Source of the DNA: Christensenellales bacterium
Lineage (GTDB): Bacteria > Bacillota > Clostridia > Christensenellales > UBA1242
Direction of reading: 5' to 3'
Length of the DNA: 64,000 bases
NCBI GenBank assembly: GCA_051889995.1
Contig: JBJFDL010000003.1
Coordinates: forward strand, 112,838-176,837
In this document: piece after piece, positions 21,089-35,100 of the stretch
Layout: each line of letters starts with the position of its first letter
Numbering within the stretch: the stretch's first letter is position 1
Program-made: the position numbers and the translations under genes
Notes under the pieces: generated by a model
Told to the model about the DNA's origin: nothing
The model's input: the letters and a program-made list of their open reading frames with translations, nothing else
Database searches by the model: none

Positions 21089-21487
21089 ATGAAAAACAAA
21101 AATAAAAGTGTGCTTAAAGAATTAATATCAAGTGCAAAGGAAAGATTAAAAAACAGGGATTATGGAAATTATACATACAATCTCGAAAGTAAAAAGCAAG
21201 ATAAAATAAAAACTAATCAAGTTTTAAGAGTTTTGGCAAACAAGGAGTTTAAACGAGCAGACATTCAAATTAAAACATTATCAAATGAAGATGATGTAAT
21301 ATTTAATAATAAAGTGATAAAATTGTTGCAGGAAAATCCTAACACAATTTCGCCACTCGCTGAAATTATTGATATTGATAAATATATGAAATATAATGAC
21401 ATTGAAAGACAAAAATACATTTTGCAAATTAGTGAAAAGTTCGTTAAAATTAAAGAAGAATATTATAAAAAGCAAAATAGTTTATAA
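21089..21487 (+). CDS. Hypothetical protein (132 aa, Lys/Glu-rich, predicted helical)
   Basis: SD AGGGGGA 8 nt before the ATG, its own terminator, and an upstream TGtTACAAT -10-like box. No family recognised. Confidence 0.55.
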   Translation: MKNKNKSVLKELISSAKERLKNRDYGNYTYNLESKKQDKIKTNQVLRVLANKEFKRADIQIKTLSNEDDVIFNNKVIKLLQENPNTISPLAEIIDIDKYMKYNDIERQKYILQISEKFVKIKEEYYKKQNSL

Positions 21488-21495
21488 ATTATCAT

Positions 21496-21528
21496 AACCT
21501 TTTGTGCATCTTGCAAAAGGTTTTTTTT
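21496..21528 (+). terminator. Rho-independent terminator
   Basis: AACCTTTTG / CAAAAGGTT stem followed by T8. Confidence 0.8.
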
Positions 21529-21572
21529 ATTAAAAAATACTAATAAAATATAAATAATTTATATTAATTTTA

Positions 21573-21601
21573 TTGTAAAAAGGAAATCATTTTGTTATAA
21601 T
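21573..21601 (+). promoter_or_regulatory. Promoter directing a leaderless (or near-leaderless) pcrA transcript
   Basis: TTGTAA, 17 nt, TGtTATAAT (21593-21601), then 6 nt (AAATCT) and ATG 21608. Confidence 0.6.
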
Positions 21602-21607
21602 AAATCT

Positions 21608-25758
<4,151 letters not shown>

Positions 25759-25811
25759 CTTGTAAAAATTTTAAAAATTTGATATAATACCAAGATTAAT
25801 TAGGAGTAATT

Positions 25812-26096
25812 ATGGAAATAACAGAAGAATTAGTAAAACATTTAGCAACTCTATCACGTTTAAATTTTTCAGATGATGAAATTAAAGAGTTTAAAGATGA
25901 TTTCAAAAGAACCTTAAATCAAATTGATGAATTACAAGAAGTGAACACTGACAACATTGAAACTTTTTCTAAAATTATTGATGCCGAAACATTGAGAGAA
26001 GATAATGTGAAAGATAGTTTAAAAGTGGAAGATGCTGTAAAAAATGCAAGCAAAAAAACGAGAACTGCATTTGTTGTTCCTAAAATTGTGGAGTAA
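25812..26096 (+). CDS. gatC: Asp/Glu-tRNA amidotransferase subunit C
   Basis: 94 aa, V.HLA.LSRL.FSDDE motif, directly upstream of gatA and gatB. Confidence 0.9.
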   Translation: MEITEELVKHLATLSRLNFSDDEIKEFKDDFKRTLNQIDELQEVNTDNIETFSKIIDAETLREDNVKDSLKVEDAVKNASKKTRTAFVVPKIVE

Positions 26097-26099
26097 AAT

Positions 26100-27539
26100 A
26101 TGGATTATTTAAATTTGAGTTTATATGAAATTAGTAAATTATTAAAAGAAAGAAAAGTTACAAGTGTAATGTTAACTAAACTTTGTTTTGAGAATATAGA
26201 AAAAAATAAACATTTAAATGCTTTGCTTTCAACAAGAAAAGAAGAAGCCTTAAAAGAAGCAGAGATAGCAGATAAAATTTTAGATGAAGGTAAAGGGACT
26301 TATTTAACAGGTGTCCCAATTATCATTAAAGATAACATAAACATGGTTGGCACAAAAACAACCTGTGGTAGTAAGTTTTTGGAAAATTACGAAAGTATTT
26401 ATAATGCTGGCGTCGTTGAAAAACTTTTAAAACAAAATGCAATTATTTTAGGTAAAGCTAACATGGACGAGTTCGCAATGGGCTCATCAAATGAAAACAG
26501 TGCATTTGGCCCTTGTTTAAATCCTGTTGATAATACAAGAGTGCCTGGTGGTTCAAGTGGTGGAAGTGCTTGTTCTGTTAGTGCCAACCTTTGTTTTGCA
26601 TCATTAGGAAGTGACACTGGAGGTTCAATTCGTCAACCTGCATCTTTTTGTGGGTGCGTTGGATTAAAACCAACTTATGGTCTTGTTTCTCGATATGGTT
26701 TAGTTGCGTATGCAAGTAGTTTGGACCAAATTGGACCATTAACAAAAACAGTTAAAGATTCTATGATAATGCTTGAAAGTATTGCCGGATATGATGAAAG
26801 AGAATTTACAAGTGAAAATAGGGAAGTAGAACACTATCTTGATAACTTGAATTCAAGTGTTAAGGGTGTAAGAATTGGCATACCTACTAATTTTCTAAAT
26901 ATGGGTATGGATAAATGCGTTAAAGACAAAATTGACAATGCAATTGAATTTTTTAAAGAGAATGGCGCTGAAATAGTTGAAATAAATCTTAATGCCATAG
27001 AAAAAGCATTACCTACATACTACACTATTGCTTGTGCTGAAGCGTGCAGTAATTTGGGCAGATTTGATGGAATAAGGTATGGTAGAAGTAATGAAAATCC
27101 TGACGATTTGATTGATTTATATTATAAAAACAGAACTGAAGGCTTTGGCAAAGAAGTTAAAAGAAGAATTATGCTTGGAAACTTTGTTTTGAGTAGTGGC
27201 TATTATGATGCTTACTATAAAAAAGCAAAAAAAGTTCAACAAATAATTAAAAATGAATTTAATAAAGCATTTAAACTTTGTGATGTTATTATTTGTCCTG
27301 CTTCACCATTCACAGCATTTAAACTTGGCGAAAAAGTAAATGATCATATTAAAATGTATTTAAGTGATATTTTTACTGTGCCAATAAATATTGCTTCACT
27401 TCCAGCAATTAGCATTCCTTGTGGAAGCGATGAAAATAATTTACCTATTGGACTACAAATTATTGGTAATATGTTTGATGAACAAAAAATATTTAATGTT
27501 GCAGATTTTTACGAAACTAATAAAGGGGGCAAAAATTAA
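26100..27539 (+). CDS. gatA: Asp/Glu-tRNA amidotransferase subunit A
   Basis: Amidase signature GGSSGGSA and GSDTGGSIRQPA. Confidence 0.95.
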   Translation: MDYLNLSLYEISKLLKERKVTSVMLTKLCFENIEKNKHLNALLSTRKEEALKEAEIADKILDEGKGTYLTGVPIIIKDNINMVGTKTTCGSKFLENYESIYNAGVVEKLLKQNAIILGKANMDEFAMGSSNENSAFGPCLNPVDNTRVPGGSSGGSACSVSANLCFASLGSDTGGSIRQPASFCGCVGLKPTYGLVSRYGLVAYASSLDQIGPLTKTVKDSMIMLESIAGYDEREFTSENREVEHYLDNLNSSVKGVRIGIPTNFLNMGMDKCVKDKIDNAIEFFKENGAEIVEINLNAIEKALPTYYTIACAEACSNLGRFDGIRYGRSNENPDDLIDLYYKNRTEGFGKEVKRRIMLGNFVLSSGYYDAYYKKAKKVQQIIKNEFNKAFKLCDVIICPASPFTAFKLGEKVNDHIKMYLSDIFTVPINIASLPAISIPCGSDENNLPIGLQIIGNMFDEQKIFNVADFYETNKGGKN

Positions 27540-28972
27540 TGGAATATGAAGCTGTCATTGGCCTTGAAATTCACAGCGAATTAAAGACTAAAACAAAAAA
27601 CTTTTGCTCTTGTAAAAATGAATTTGGCATGAGTATGAATTCTCATGTTTGTCCTGTTTGTTTGGGATTGCCAGGAGCATTACCAGTGCCAAATAAGGAA
27701 GCATTCGCTTATTGCATTAAAGCTGGATTATCGTTTGAATGCGAAATTAATGATATGGCAATTTTTGAAAGAAAAAATTATTTTTATCCTGATTTATCTA
27801 AATCATATCAAATTTCACAACTTGAAAAACCTATTTGTTTGGGTGGAAAAGTAGTTTATGAAACAGAAACAGGTGAAAAAAGTATTAGACTAAACAGAAT
27901 ACATCTTGAAGAAGATGCAGGAAAACTTGTTCATGATAATTTAACAAATACGAGTTTGGTTGATTTTAATCGTTGCAGTGTGCCACTAATTGAAATTGTT
28001 ACTGAACCAGATATTTCAAGCAGTGAAGAAGCTGTTAAAGTGCTTGAAACAATTAAAGAAACTTTGAAATATATTGATGTTTCTGATTGCAAAATGCAAG
28101 AAGGAAGTTTAAGATGCGACGTTAATGTTTCTATAAGAGAAAAAGGTAGTAATGTTTTAAACACCAGAACCGAAATGAAAAACTTGTCTAGTTTTAAAGC
28201 AGTTCAAAGAGCTATAGACTATGAAATTAATAGACAAATTGAATTAAGAGAGAAAAATATTAAACTTATTCAAGAAACTTTGCGTTGGGATGATGAATTG
28301 GGGGTGAACTTTAGTTTAAGAAGCAAAGAGGAAAGCAATGACTATAAATATTTTCCAGACCCCGACTTATTACCTATTAGGATTAGAAGAGAATATGTTG
28401 AAAAAATTAGTCAAAATCTTCCAAAACTGCCAAGAGTTAGGAGAAAAGAATATGTTGAAAAATATGGTTTACCACCATACGACGCAAAAGTCTTAACTCA
28501 AGATAAGCAAATTTCTGACTTTTTTGAAAATACTATAAAAAAATTCAATAATCCTAAACAAGTAAGTAACTTTATTATGAGTGATATTCTAAGAATAAAA
28601 AAGCAAAATGAGTTAAATTTAGAAACAAATATTAATTTATCAGTTGACAATTTTGTAAAATTGCTTAAAATGTTAGAAGATAAGTTAATCACTAGAACAA
28701 GTGCTACAACAATACTTGAAGAAATATTTAACACGAATGAAGATGCTCAAAGTTGTGCTGAAAGATTGAATTTAAAAATTAATGAGAATGAAGACGAAAT
28801 TTTAAACATTGTTTTAGAAGTGATTAAAAATAATCCACAAGCCAAAGCCGATTATCTTGCTGGAAATGAAAGAACTTTAACTTTCTTTATGGGACAAGTT
28901 ATGAAAGCAAGCAAGGGTAGAGCAAAACCAGATACGGTTGTTAAGTTGATAAAAGAAAATATAAATAAATAA
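27539..28972 (+). CDS. gatB: Asp/Glu-tRNA amidotransferase subunit B
   Basis: YEAVIGLEIH, C.VCLGLPGALP and DVNVSIR motifs. TAATG overlap with gatA. Confidence 0.95.
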   Translation: MEYEAVIGLEIHSELKTKTKNFCSCKNEFGMSMNSHVCPVCLGLPGALPVPNKEAFAYCIKAGLSFECEINDMAIFERKNYFYPDLSKSYQISQLEKPICLGGKVVYETETGEKSIRLNRIHLEEDAGKLVHDNLTNTSLVDFNRCSVPLIEIVTEPDISSSEEAVKVLETIKETLKYIDVSDCKMQEGSLRCDVNVSIREKGSNVLNTRTEMKNLSSFKAVQRAIDYEINRQIELREKNIKLIQETLRWDDELGVNFSLRSKEESNDYKYFPDPDLLPIRIRREYVEKISQNLPKLPRVRRKEYVEKYGLPPYDAKVLTQDKQISDFFENTIKKFNNPKQVSNFIMSDILRIKKQNELNLETNINLSVDNFVKLLKMLEDKLITRTSATTILEEIFNTNEDAQSCAERLNLKINENEDEILNIVLEVIKNNPQAKADYLAGNERTLTFFMGQVMKASKGRAKPDTVVKLIKENINK

Positions 28973-28983
28973 GGAGAAATTTT

Positions 28984-29175
28984 ATGTTACTAGAACCACC
29001 TGTAGAAGAATTAATTGAAAAAGTTGGTAATAAATATAAACTAACAAATTTAGTTGCTAGAAGAGCTAACGAAATTCAAAAGAAAAATTTAGAAGATAAA
29101 GTGGACACAACTGAAAATGAAATTTCTATTGCTGCAAAAGAAGTTTATGACGGCAAAATAATTGCTGATAAATAA
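28984..29175 (+). CDS. rpoZ: DNA-directed RNA polymerase subunit omega
   Basis: 63 aa. NKYKLTNLVARRANEI is the RpoZ core. Confidence 0.85.
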   Translation: MLLEPPVEELIEKVGNKYKLTNLVARRANEIQKKNLEDKVDTTENEISIAAKEVYDGKIIADK

Positions 29176-29176
29176 T

Positions 29177-31360
29177 ATGTTTTGCGAAGTTATAGTTGAT
29201 ATTTTAAATTCTAATGTAGACAAAATTTTTGACTACGTTTTGCCCGAAAATTTAAATTTAAAAGTAGGACAACGAGTTTTAGTGCCGTTTCAAAACAGGC
29301 GCATTGAAGGCTACATTTTAAAAATTAAAGATAATACAAATTATGAAACATCTAAACTAAAGAGCGTAATTGCAAGTTTAGATGATTTTTCATATTTAAA
29401 TGATGAAAGTATTTCTTTAATGCATTTTTTAATGAAAACATATAATTTGCGATATGTTGATTGTTTACGATTATTTATTCCTAGTGCAGTTAGAAAAAAT
29501 GTTAACGAAAAATTTATTTCTTTTGTGAGTTTAAACAAAGATTTTAATGAAAATCTTAATGAAAAACAACAAGAAATAATTCTTTATATTAAGAATTTAA
29601 CAAGTGATAAAATAAGTCTTACCGAATTGCAGAACAAGTTTTCAATTTCAAGGGTTAAAACATTAATTAATAAGGGCGCATTAAATTTGAATAAAATTAA
29701 ATTAAATAGAATGCCATATTCTTTTAATAATTTAGAAAAAAAAGAAATCGCACTAACTGATGCACAAGCCAATGCTGTGAACACTATTATTGAAAAATCT
29801 CCTAATAATTTTTTACTTTTTGGAGTTACTGCAAGTGGTAAAACCGAAGTTTACATAAAGGTAATTGAAGATGCTTTAAAAAAAGGGAAAAGTGCAATAT
29901 TACTTGTGCCAGAAATTGGACTAACTCCACAATTATTCAAACGATTTACCAGTGTTTTTCAAGATAATGTTGCAATTATTCATAGTGGTTTATCTAACGG
30001 TGAAAAACTTGATGAATGGTTAAAAATTAAGCGTGGAAAATGCAAGGTTGTTATCGGCGCAAGAAGTGCGATTTTTGCTCCATTGGAAAATATTGGCGTT
30101 GTTATTTTAGATGAAGAACATGACACTAGTTATTATAGTGAAACAAACCCAAGATACAACACAAAAGATGTAGCAAAATTTAGATGCCAATTTAATGGTG
30201 CCAGTTTAATTTTAGGTAGTGCAACACCTTCAATTGAAACTTATTATGAAGCATTAAATAATAAATTAATTTTGCTTGAAATGAAACAAAGGGCAGTTAG
30301 CAAAAAATTGCCAGATATTCAAATTGTCGATATGATGAGTGAAATAAGAAGTGGTAATACAAGTATGTTTTCTAGGCTTCTGCAAAAAAAACTTGTTGAG
30401 TGTATTTCTCGCAACGAACAGGCAATTTTATTTATAAACAGACGTGGTTATTCTTCATTTTTAAGATGTATGGATTGTGGATATATTCCAAAATGTGAAG
30501 ATTGTGATATTAGTTTGGTTTATCACAAAGAAGATGAAAGACTAAAATGTCATTTCTGCGGAAACAGATATAAGGTAATAACAAAATGTCCAAAATGTGG
30601 TAGTAATCACATAAGACTAGGAGCAATTGGGACAGAACAAGTTGTCCATAATTTGCGAAGTTTGTTTAAAGATGTTCCAATTTTTAGAATGGACAATGAT
30701 GTTACAAAAGAGAAAAATTCACATCTTAAAATTATGGAAGAATTTAATAATACAAAGCCTGCAATTTTAGTTGGAACACAGATGATTGCTAAAGGGCATA
30801 ATTTTAATAATGTGAGTTTGGTAGGAATAATAGATGCAGATTTAAGTTTGCATTATAGCGATTTTCGTTCGACAGACAGAACATTTAACTTACTAACGCA
30901 GGTTTCCGGAAGAGCGGGAAGAACAAATCTTAGTGGTGAAGTTGTTTTGCAAACTTACACACCAAAGCATTTTGCATATTCTTGTGTTGCTAATTATAAT
31001 TATGAAAAATTTTTTGAAAAAGAAATTAATTTAAGAAAAGTTACTTCATTTCCACCTTTTTCAAAAATTATAAGAGTTTTAGCGAGCAGTGAAAATGAGA
31101 TTTTTGTAAAAGAATTTATAACTAAATTTTATCAAGAAGTGATTTTAATTAAAAATGAAAATCCTTTGAAATTTGTATATCTTGATGCGATGAAAAGTCC
31201 AATAAAACGTGCAAAACGACAGTTTAGATATCAAATTCTAATGCGTGTTAAAAATGAAAATTTTGATGAAATAGTAACAAAGCTTTTTGAAATTAATAAG
31301 AAACTACAAAACAGGAATGTTGTTAGTTTTGTTGAAATTGACCCACAAAATTTGAGTTAA
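29177..31360 (+). CDS. priA: Primosomal replication protein N' (PriA helicase)
   Basis: FCEVIVD...FDY N-terminus, Walker A GVTASGKT, DEEH, double CxxC zinc motifs and GRAGR. ATG 29177 lies directly after the rpoZ stop. Confidence 0.93.
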   Translation: MFCEVIVDILNSNVDKIFDYVLPENLNLKVGQRVLVPFQNRRIEGYILKIKDNTNYETSKLKSVIASLDDFSYLNDESISLMHFLMKTYNLRYVDCLRLFIPSAVRKNVNEKFISFVSLNKDFNENLNEKQQEIILYIKNLTSDKISLTELQNKFSISRVKTLINKGALNLNKIKLNRMPYSFNNLEKKEIALTDAQANAVNTIIEKSPNNFLLFGVTASGKTEVYIKVIEDALKKGKSAILLVPEIGLTPQLFKRFTSVFQDNVAIIHSGLSNGEKLDEWLKIKRGKCKVVIGARSAIFAPLENIGVVILDEEHDTSYYSETNPRYNTKDVAKFRCQFNGASLILGSATPSIETYYEALNNKLILLEMKQRAVSKKLPDIQIVDMMSEIRSGNTSMFSRLLQKKLVECISRNEQAILFINRRGYSSFLRCMDCGYIPKCEDCDISLVYHKEDERLKCHFCGNRYKVITKCPKCGSNHIRLGAIGTEQVVHNLRSLFKDVPIFRMDNDVTKEKNSHLKIMEEFNNTKPAILVGTQMIAKGHNFNNVSLVGIIDADLSLHYSDFRSTDRTFNLLTQVSGRAGRTNLSGEVVLQTYTPKHFAYSCVANYNYEKFFEKEINLRKVTSFPPFSKIIRVLASSENEIFVKEFITKFYQEVILIKNENPLKFVYLDAMKSPIKRAKRQFRYQILMRVKNENFDEIVTKLFEINKKLQNRNVVSFVEIDPQNLS

Positions 31361-31380
31361 CGAACTCAAATTTTTTATTT
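31347..31380 (+). terminator. Rho-independent terminator after priA (stop codon inside the stem)
   Basis: AAATTTGAGTT / AACTCAAATTT stem, loop AACG, T-run. Confidence 0.8.
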
Positions 31381-31407
31381 TAATTAAATATTATCAATTT
31401 TTATTGC

Positions 31408-31436
31408 TTGACTAAAATGTGGAATGGTAATATAAT
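31408..31436 (+). promoter_or_regulatory. Consensus promoter directing a leaderless transcript of orphan-def-fmt-rlmN
   Basis: TTGACT (31408-31413), 17 nt, TATAAT (31431-31436), then 6 nt (ATTTTT) and GTG 31443. Confidence 0.6.
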
Positions 31437-31442
31437 ATTTTT

Positions 31443-32045
31443 GTGAAAGAAAATGTTATAATTGCGAAAAATGCAAAAAAGGAAGAAATAAAAGCATATT
31501 ACATTTTAAAAGATACGCTTTTTAATAATGCTGAAGTTTTTATTGGCGATAATATTGAAAAAGGTTTACCAGATATTTATACAAGTGACCATGTAATTGG
31601 TGTTGAAGTTACAAGTTGTGAACATCTTGCCCAATTTTTAGCCGAAAATGATTATGAAATGCAAAAAGTAAACATTGGTCGTCAAAACAGAACAAAAAAA
31701 ATTATAGAAGAATATAGCGCACTTTCACTTAAAGATAAAAATTTATTGTTTATTAGTGAATTTAAAAAGTTACTTGAAAAGAAAATAAAAAGAATACCTG
31801 CTTATAAAAGTGTTAAAAACATAAGCTTAATCATTATGTCTGATAACATCAACAAAGAATTTATAAGAAGAGATACGCTTTCAAATTTATATAGAGAACT
31901 CGTAGAAGAATATAATGTTAAATTCGATAATTTGTTTTTGTATTATAATAACACTTTGTATGCAGATGTAAATTATACATTTTTAAAAATGAAAAAAGTT
32001 AAAACTAAAGGAGGAAAATATGGCAATAAGGAATATTGTTTTTAG
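31443..32045 (+). CDS. Hypothetical protein (200 aa) inserted between priA and def
   Basis: Long intact ORF with a GTG start and no SD. Contains GLPDIYTSDHVIGVEVTS, weakly reminiscent of a PD-(D/E)xK core. The 3' end overlaps def by 26 nt. Confidence 0.5.
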   Translation: MKENVIIAKNAKKEEIKAYYILKDTLFNNAEVFIGDNIEKGLPDIYTSDHVIGVEVTSCEHLAQFLAENDYEMQKVNIGRQNRTKKIIEEYSALSLKDKNLLFISEFKKLLEKKIKRIPAYKSVKNISLIIMSDNINKEFIRRDTLSNLYRELVEEYNVKFDNLFLYYNNTLYADVNYTFLKMKKVKTKGGKYGNKEYCF

Positions 32046-32463
32046 TAATGAAAGTTTAATTAGAAAAGTAAGTAAACCAGTAACTGAATTTAATTCTAGT
32101 TTAGACATACTTTTAGATGATATGAAGGAAACAATGCGTAAAAATGATGGTGTTGGACTAGCAGCTGTTCAAGTTGGCGTTTTAAAAAGATGTGTTGTTA
32201 TTGAGGCTTGTGGACAGTATTTTGAATTGATTAATCCAAAAATTTTAGCAACCGAAGGTAGTCAAGTTGAATTGGAAGGTTGTTTATCAGTAAAAAATAA
32301 AACTGGAAAAGTGATGAGACCTTATAAAATAACTGTTAATGCACAAAATCGTTATGGGGATAACATGGTTTTAACATTAGAAGGTATGTTAGCTGTTGTA
32401 GTTTGTCATGAAGTTGACCATCTTGATGGAATTTTGTTTACAGACAAATTAATTGAAGGGTAG
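32020..32463 (+). CDS. def: Peptide deformylase
   Basis: GVGLAAVQVG, EGCLS and HEVDHLDG metal-binding motifs. SD AAAGGAGG. Confidence 0.95.
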   Translation: MAIRNIVFSNESLIRKVSKPVTEFNSSLDILLDDMKETMRKNDGVGLAAVQVGVLKRCVVIEACGQYFELINPKILATEGSQVELEGCLSVKNKTGKVMRPYKITVNAQNRYGDNMVLTLEGMLAVVVCHEVDHLDGILFTDKLIEG

Positions 32464-32467
32464 TTTA

Positions 32468-33391
32468 ATGAGAATAGTTTTTTTAGGCACACCAGATTTT
32501 GCGACTGTTGTTCTAGAAAGTTTAATTTCTTCTAATCACGAAGTTGTTGCAGTTGTAACTCAACCTGATAAATTAGTTGGAAGAAAGCAAATTTTGACAG
32601 AAAGCCCAGTTAAACAATTAGCAAAATCAAAGGGCGTTAAAGTGCTACAATATAATAAGATTAGAAAGGAAGGTGTTTTAGATTTGAAAAACTTAAACGC
32701 CGACCTTTTTGTTACGTGTGCATTTGGACAAATCTTAAGTCAAGAAATATTAGATAGTGCAAAATTTGGAACAATTAATGTTCATTTTTCTTTGTTGCCT
32801 AATTATCGTGGAGCATCTCCAGTTCAATGGGCTTTAATTAATGGTGAAAAGAAGATTGGCGTAACTATTATGAAAACAGATGTAGGTATTGATACAGGAG
32901 ATATTATTGTTCAAAAAGAACTTGAAGTTTTGGATGATGATAATTGCGAAACCTTGCTTTATAAATTGGCGAAATTATCTTGTCCACTTCTTCTAGATGT
33001 TATTAGTCAAATTGAAAATCAACAAATTAAATATATTCCTCAAGGAGATAGTTTTACATACTATCCAATGTTAAAAAAAGAAGATGGAAGAATAGATTTT
33101 TCTTTATCTAGTGAAAAATTGGTTAATTTAATTAAAGGACTATATATTTGGCCTAATGCATATTGTTATATTAATGATAAGATGTTAAAAATTTTCAAAG
33201 GTGAAAGCGTAGATTTTTTCGGAGGAGCAACTTGTGGAGAAATTGTATGTGCTGACAAAACTGGATTGATTATTAAATGTGGAACTGGATATTTAAAAAT
33301 TTTAGAATTACAACTAGAAGGCGGAAAGAGATTAGATTATAAGTGTTTTTTAAATGGAAATAAATTAGAGGTTGGTAAGATTTTAAGTTAA
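32468..33391 (+). CDS. fmt: Methionyl-tRNA formyltransferase
   Basis: MRIVFLGTPDFA and NVHFSLLPNYRGASPVQWALING. ATG 32468 follows the def stop. Confidence 0.95.
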   Translation: MRIVFLGTPDFATVVLESLISSNHEVVAVVTQPDKLVGRKQILTESPVKQLAKSKGVKVLQYNKIRKEGVLDLKNLNADLFVTCAFGQILSQEILDSAKFGTINVHFSLLPNYRGASPVQWALINGEKKIGVTIMKTDVGIDTGDIIVQKELEVLDDDNCETLLYKLAKLSCPLLLDVISQIENQQIKYIPQGDSFTYYPMLKKEDGRIDFSLSSEKLVNLIKGLYIWPNAYCYINDKMLKIFKGESVDFFGGATCGEIVCADKTGLIIKCGTGYLKILELQLEGGKRLDYKCFLNGNKLEVGKILS

Positions 33392-34449
33392 TGGAAACAA
33401 TGTTAGATTTTTCTCTTAATGAGATAGAAAAAATAATTATATCGCAAAACGAACAAAAATTTAGAGCGAAACAAATTTATACTGGACTTTATCTTGGAAA
33501 AAGTTTTAATGAGATAACAACAATTAGTCAAAGTTTAAAAAACTACTTACAAAACAATTTTGTTAGTCAACCATTAAAATTTCTAGATATTAAGTATTCA
33601 AAAGATGAAACAGTTAAATTTGTTTTTAAACTAATAGATAACAATGTAATCGAAAGCGTTTTAATGAAATATGAATATGGCTACACCCTTTGTGTTTCTA
33701 GTCAAATTGGCTGTAATATGAGATGTAAATTTTGTGCGAGTGGACTTGATGGTTTGGTTAGAAATTTAACTGCAGGAGAAATTTTAGCACAAGTTATTAT
33801 GGCCAACAAATTTCTTGATGGTAAACTTGGTGAAAATCGTAAAATAACTAATATTGTTATTATGGGTAGTGGTGAGCCACTTGATAATTATGATAATGTT
33901 ACCAAATTTTTAAAACTTGTAACAGATAAAGACGGATTTAACATAAGCGAAAGAAACATTTCACTTTCTACTTGTGGAATTGTTGAGAATATCTATAAAC
34001 TTGCCGATGATGGCTTTAAAGTTACTTTAACAATAAGTTTACACTCTATAAATGATAATGTTAGAAAAAGTATAATGCCAATTGCAAGAAGATATTCTGT
34101 TAAAGATATTTTAAAAGCATGCGAATATTATTATGAAAAAACCAAAAGGCGTATTGTCTTCGAATATACTTTAATTAAAAATGTTAATGATGACTTAAAT
34201 CTGGCAACTGCAATAAAGAGTCTTTTAAATAAGTTTAATATGTCATATCACATAAACATAATAGTTTTAAATGAAAATAATGGCATAATTGGGCTTGAAT
34301 CTACGGGAAGAGAATATGCAAGGAAATTTGCTAATTATCTTGAAAAAAATGGTGTTAGTGCAACGGTAAGACGAACAATGGGGCAGGATATTGAAGGAGC
34401 GTGTGGAATGCTTCGTAAAAAATTTTTAGATAATGGTGGTGAAGAATAA
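33391..34449 (+). CDS. rlmN: 23S rRNA/tRNA (adenine-C2)-methyltransferase RlmN (radical SAM)
   Basis: FRAKQIY, CVSSQIGCNMRCKFCASG and MGSGEPLDN motifs. TAATG overlap with fmt. Confidence 0.93.
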   Translation: METMLDFSLNEIEKIIISQNEQKFRAKQIYTGLYLGKSFNEITTISQSLKNYLQNNFVSQPLKFLDIKYSKDETVKFVFKLIDNNVIESVLMKYEYGYTLCVSSQIGCNMRCKFCASGLDGLVRNLTAGEILAQVIMANKFLDGKLGENRKITNIVIMGSGEPLDNYDNVTKFLKLVTDKDGFNISERNISLSTCGIVENIYKLADDGFKVTLTISLHSINDNVRKSIMPIARRYSVKDILKACEYYYEKTKRRIVFEYTLIKNVNDDLNLATAIKSLLNKFNMSYHINIIVLNENNGIIGLESTGREYARKFANYLEKNGVSATVRRTMGQDIEGACGMLRKKFLDNGGEE

Positions 34450-34497
34450 AAAAATACCAATATTATTGGAGTTAATCCAAAGTATTGGTATTTTTAT
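34447..34497. terminator. Bidirectional terminator shared by rlmN (+) and the YgjV-like gene (-)
   Basis: AAAATACCAATA / TATTGGTATTTT outer stem with inner TTGGA/TCCAA stem. A-run upstream and T-run downstream. Confidence 0.75.
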
Positions 34498-34514
34498 TTA
34501 TCTTTAATTAGAAA

Positions 34515-35054
34515 TCAAATTTTTTGATTTTTTAATTTTATGTAAGAATATACTGCACCAACTAGTGAACTAATGGCAATTAAAATTTCCAAAGCTCCAC
34601 CAACATATTGAGTTAAAATGAACATATATATTACATTTAATGTGTTGCAGATGAAAAGAAATAGTTTTGAAAAGTAAATTTTGTTTTGCATAATTCCAGA
34701 AAAATATAATAAATTTGCAAACATAGGAAGCAAAGAAATTTCGCCAACCCAAGTTATTATCGCAATTGCAATGTTGCAAATCATAGCAAAAATATTAAAA
34801 TAGATTTTATAGTTGTCTGTGTTATTTTTTTCGATATAGTAATTGCCAATCAAAAATGATGTGTTAATTAAGGCGCAAATTCCACCAGTTATTCCATCTG
34901 GATAGCAAAGATATTGACTAGCAAAAAAAATGTTTGAACAAATTAACAAGAACAGTAAAATTTTCTTTTGATTTGTAAACATTGAAATTACAAATAATAT
35001 ATCTGATATAATGATTAAAATAGTTGCAAGTATGTTCATAATAACACTTAACAA
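34515..35054 (-). CDS. YgjV-like inner membrane protein (about 5-6 TM helices)
   Basis: By-eye similarity to E. coli YgjV (F.N..K.....YP.G....A.INT..; LLP....; GG..E). Two-fold internal symmetry. TTG start at 35054; ATG 35039 is an alternative. Confidence 0.5.
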   Translation of the reverse strand: MLSVIMNILATILIIISDILFVISMFTNQKKILLFLLICSNIFFASQYLCYPDGITGGICALINTSFLIGNYYIEKNNTDNYKIYFNIFAMICNIAIAIITWVGEISLLPMFANLLYFSGIMQNKIYFSKLFLFICNTLNVIYMFILTQYVGGALEILIAISSLVGAVYSYIKLKNQKI

Positions 35055-35100
35055 CTATAACATAAAATTTATACATTTCAAAATAAAAAAAAGAAGATTT

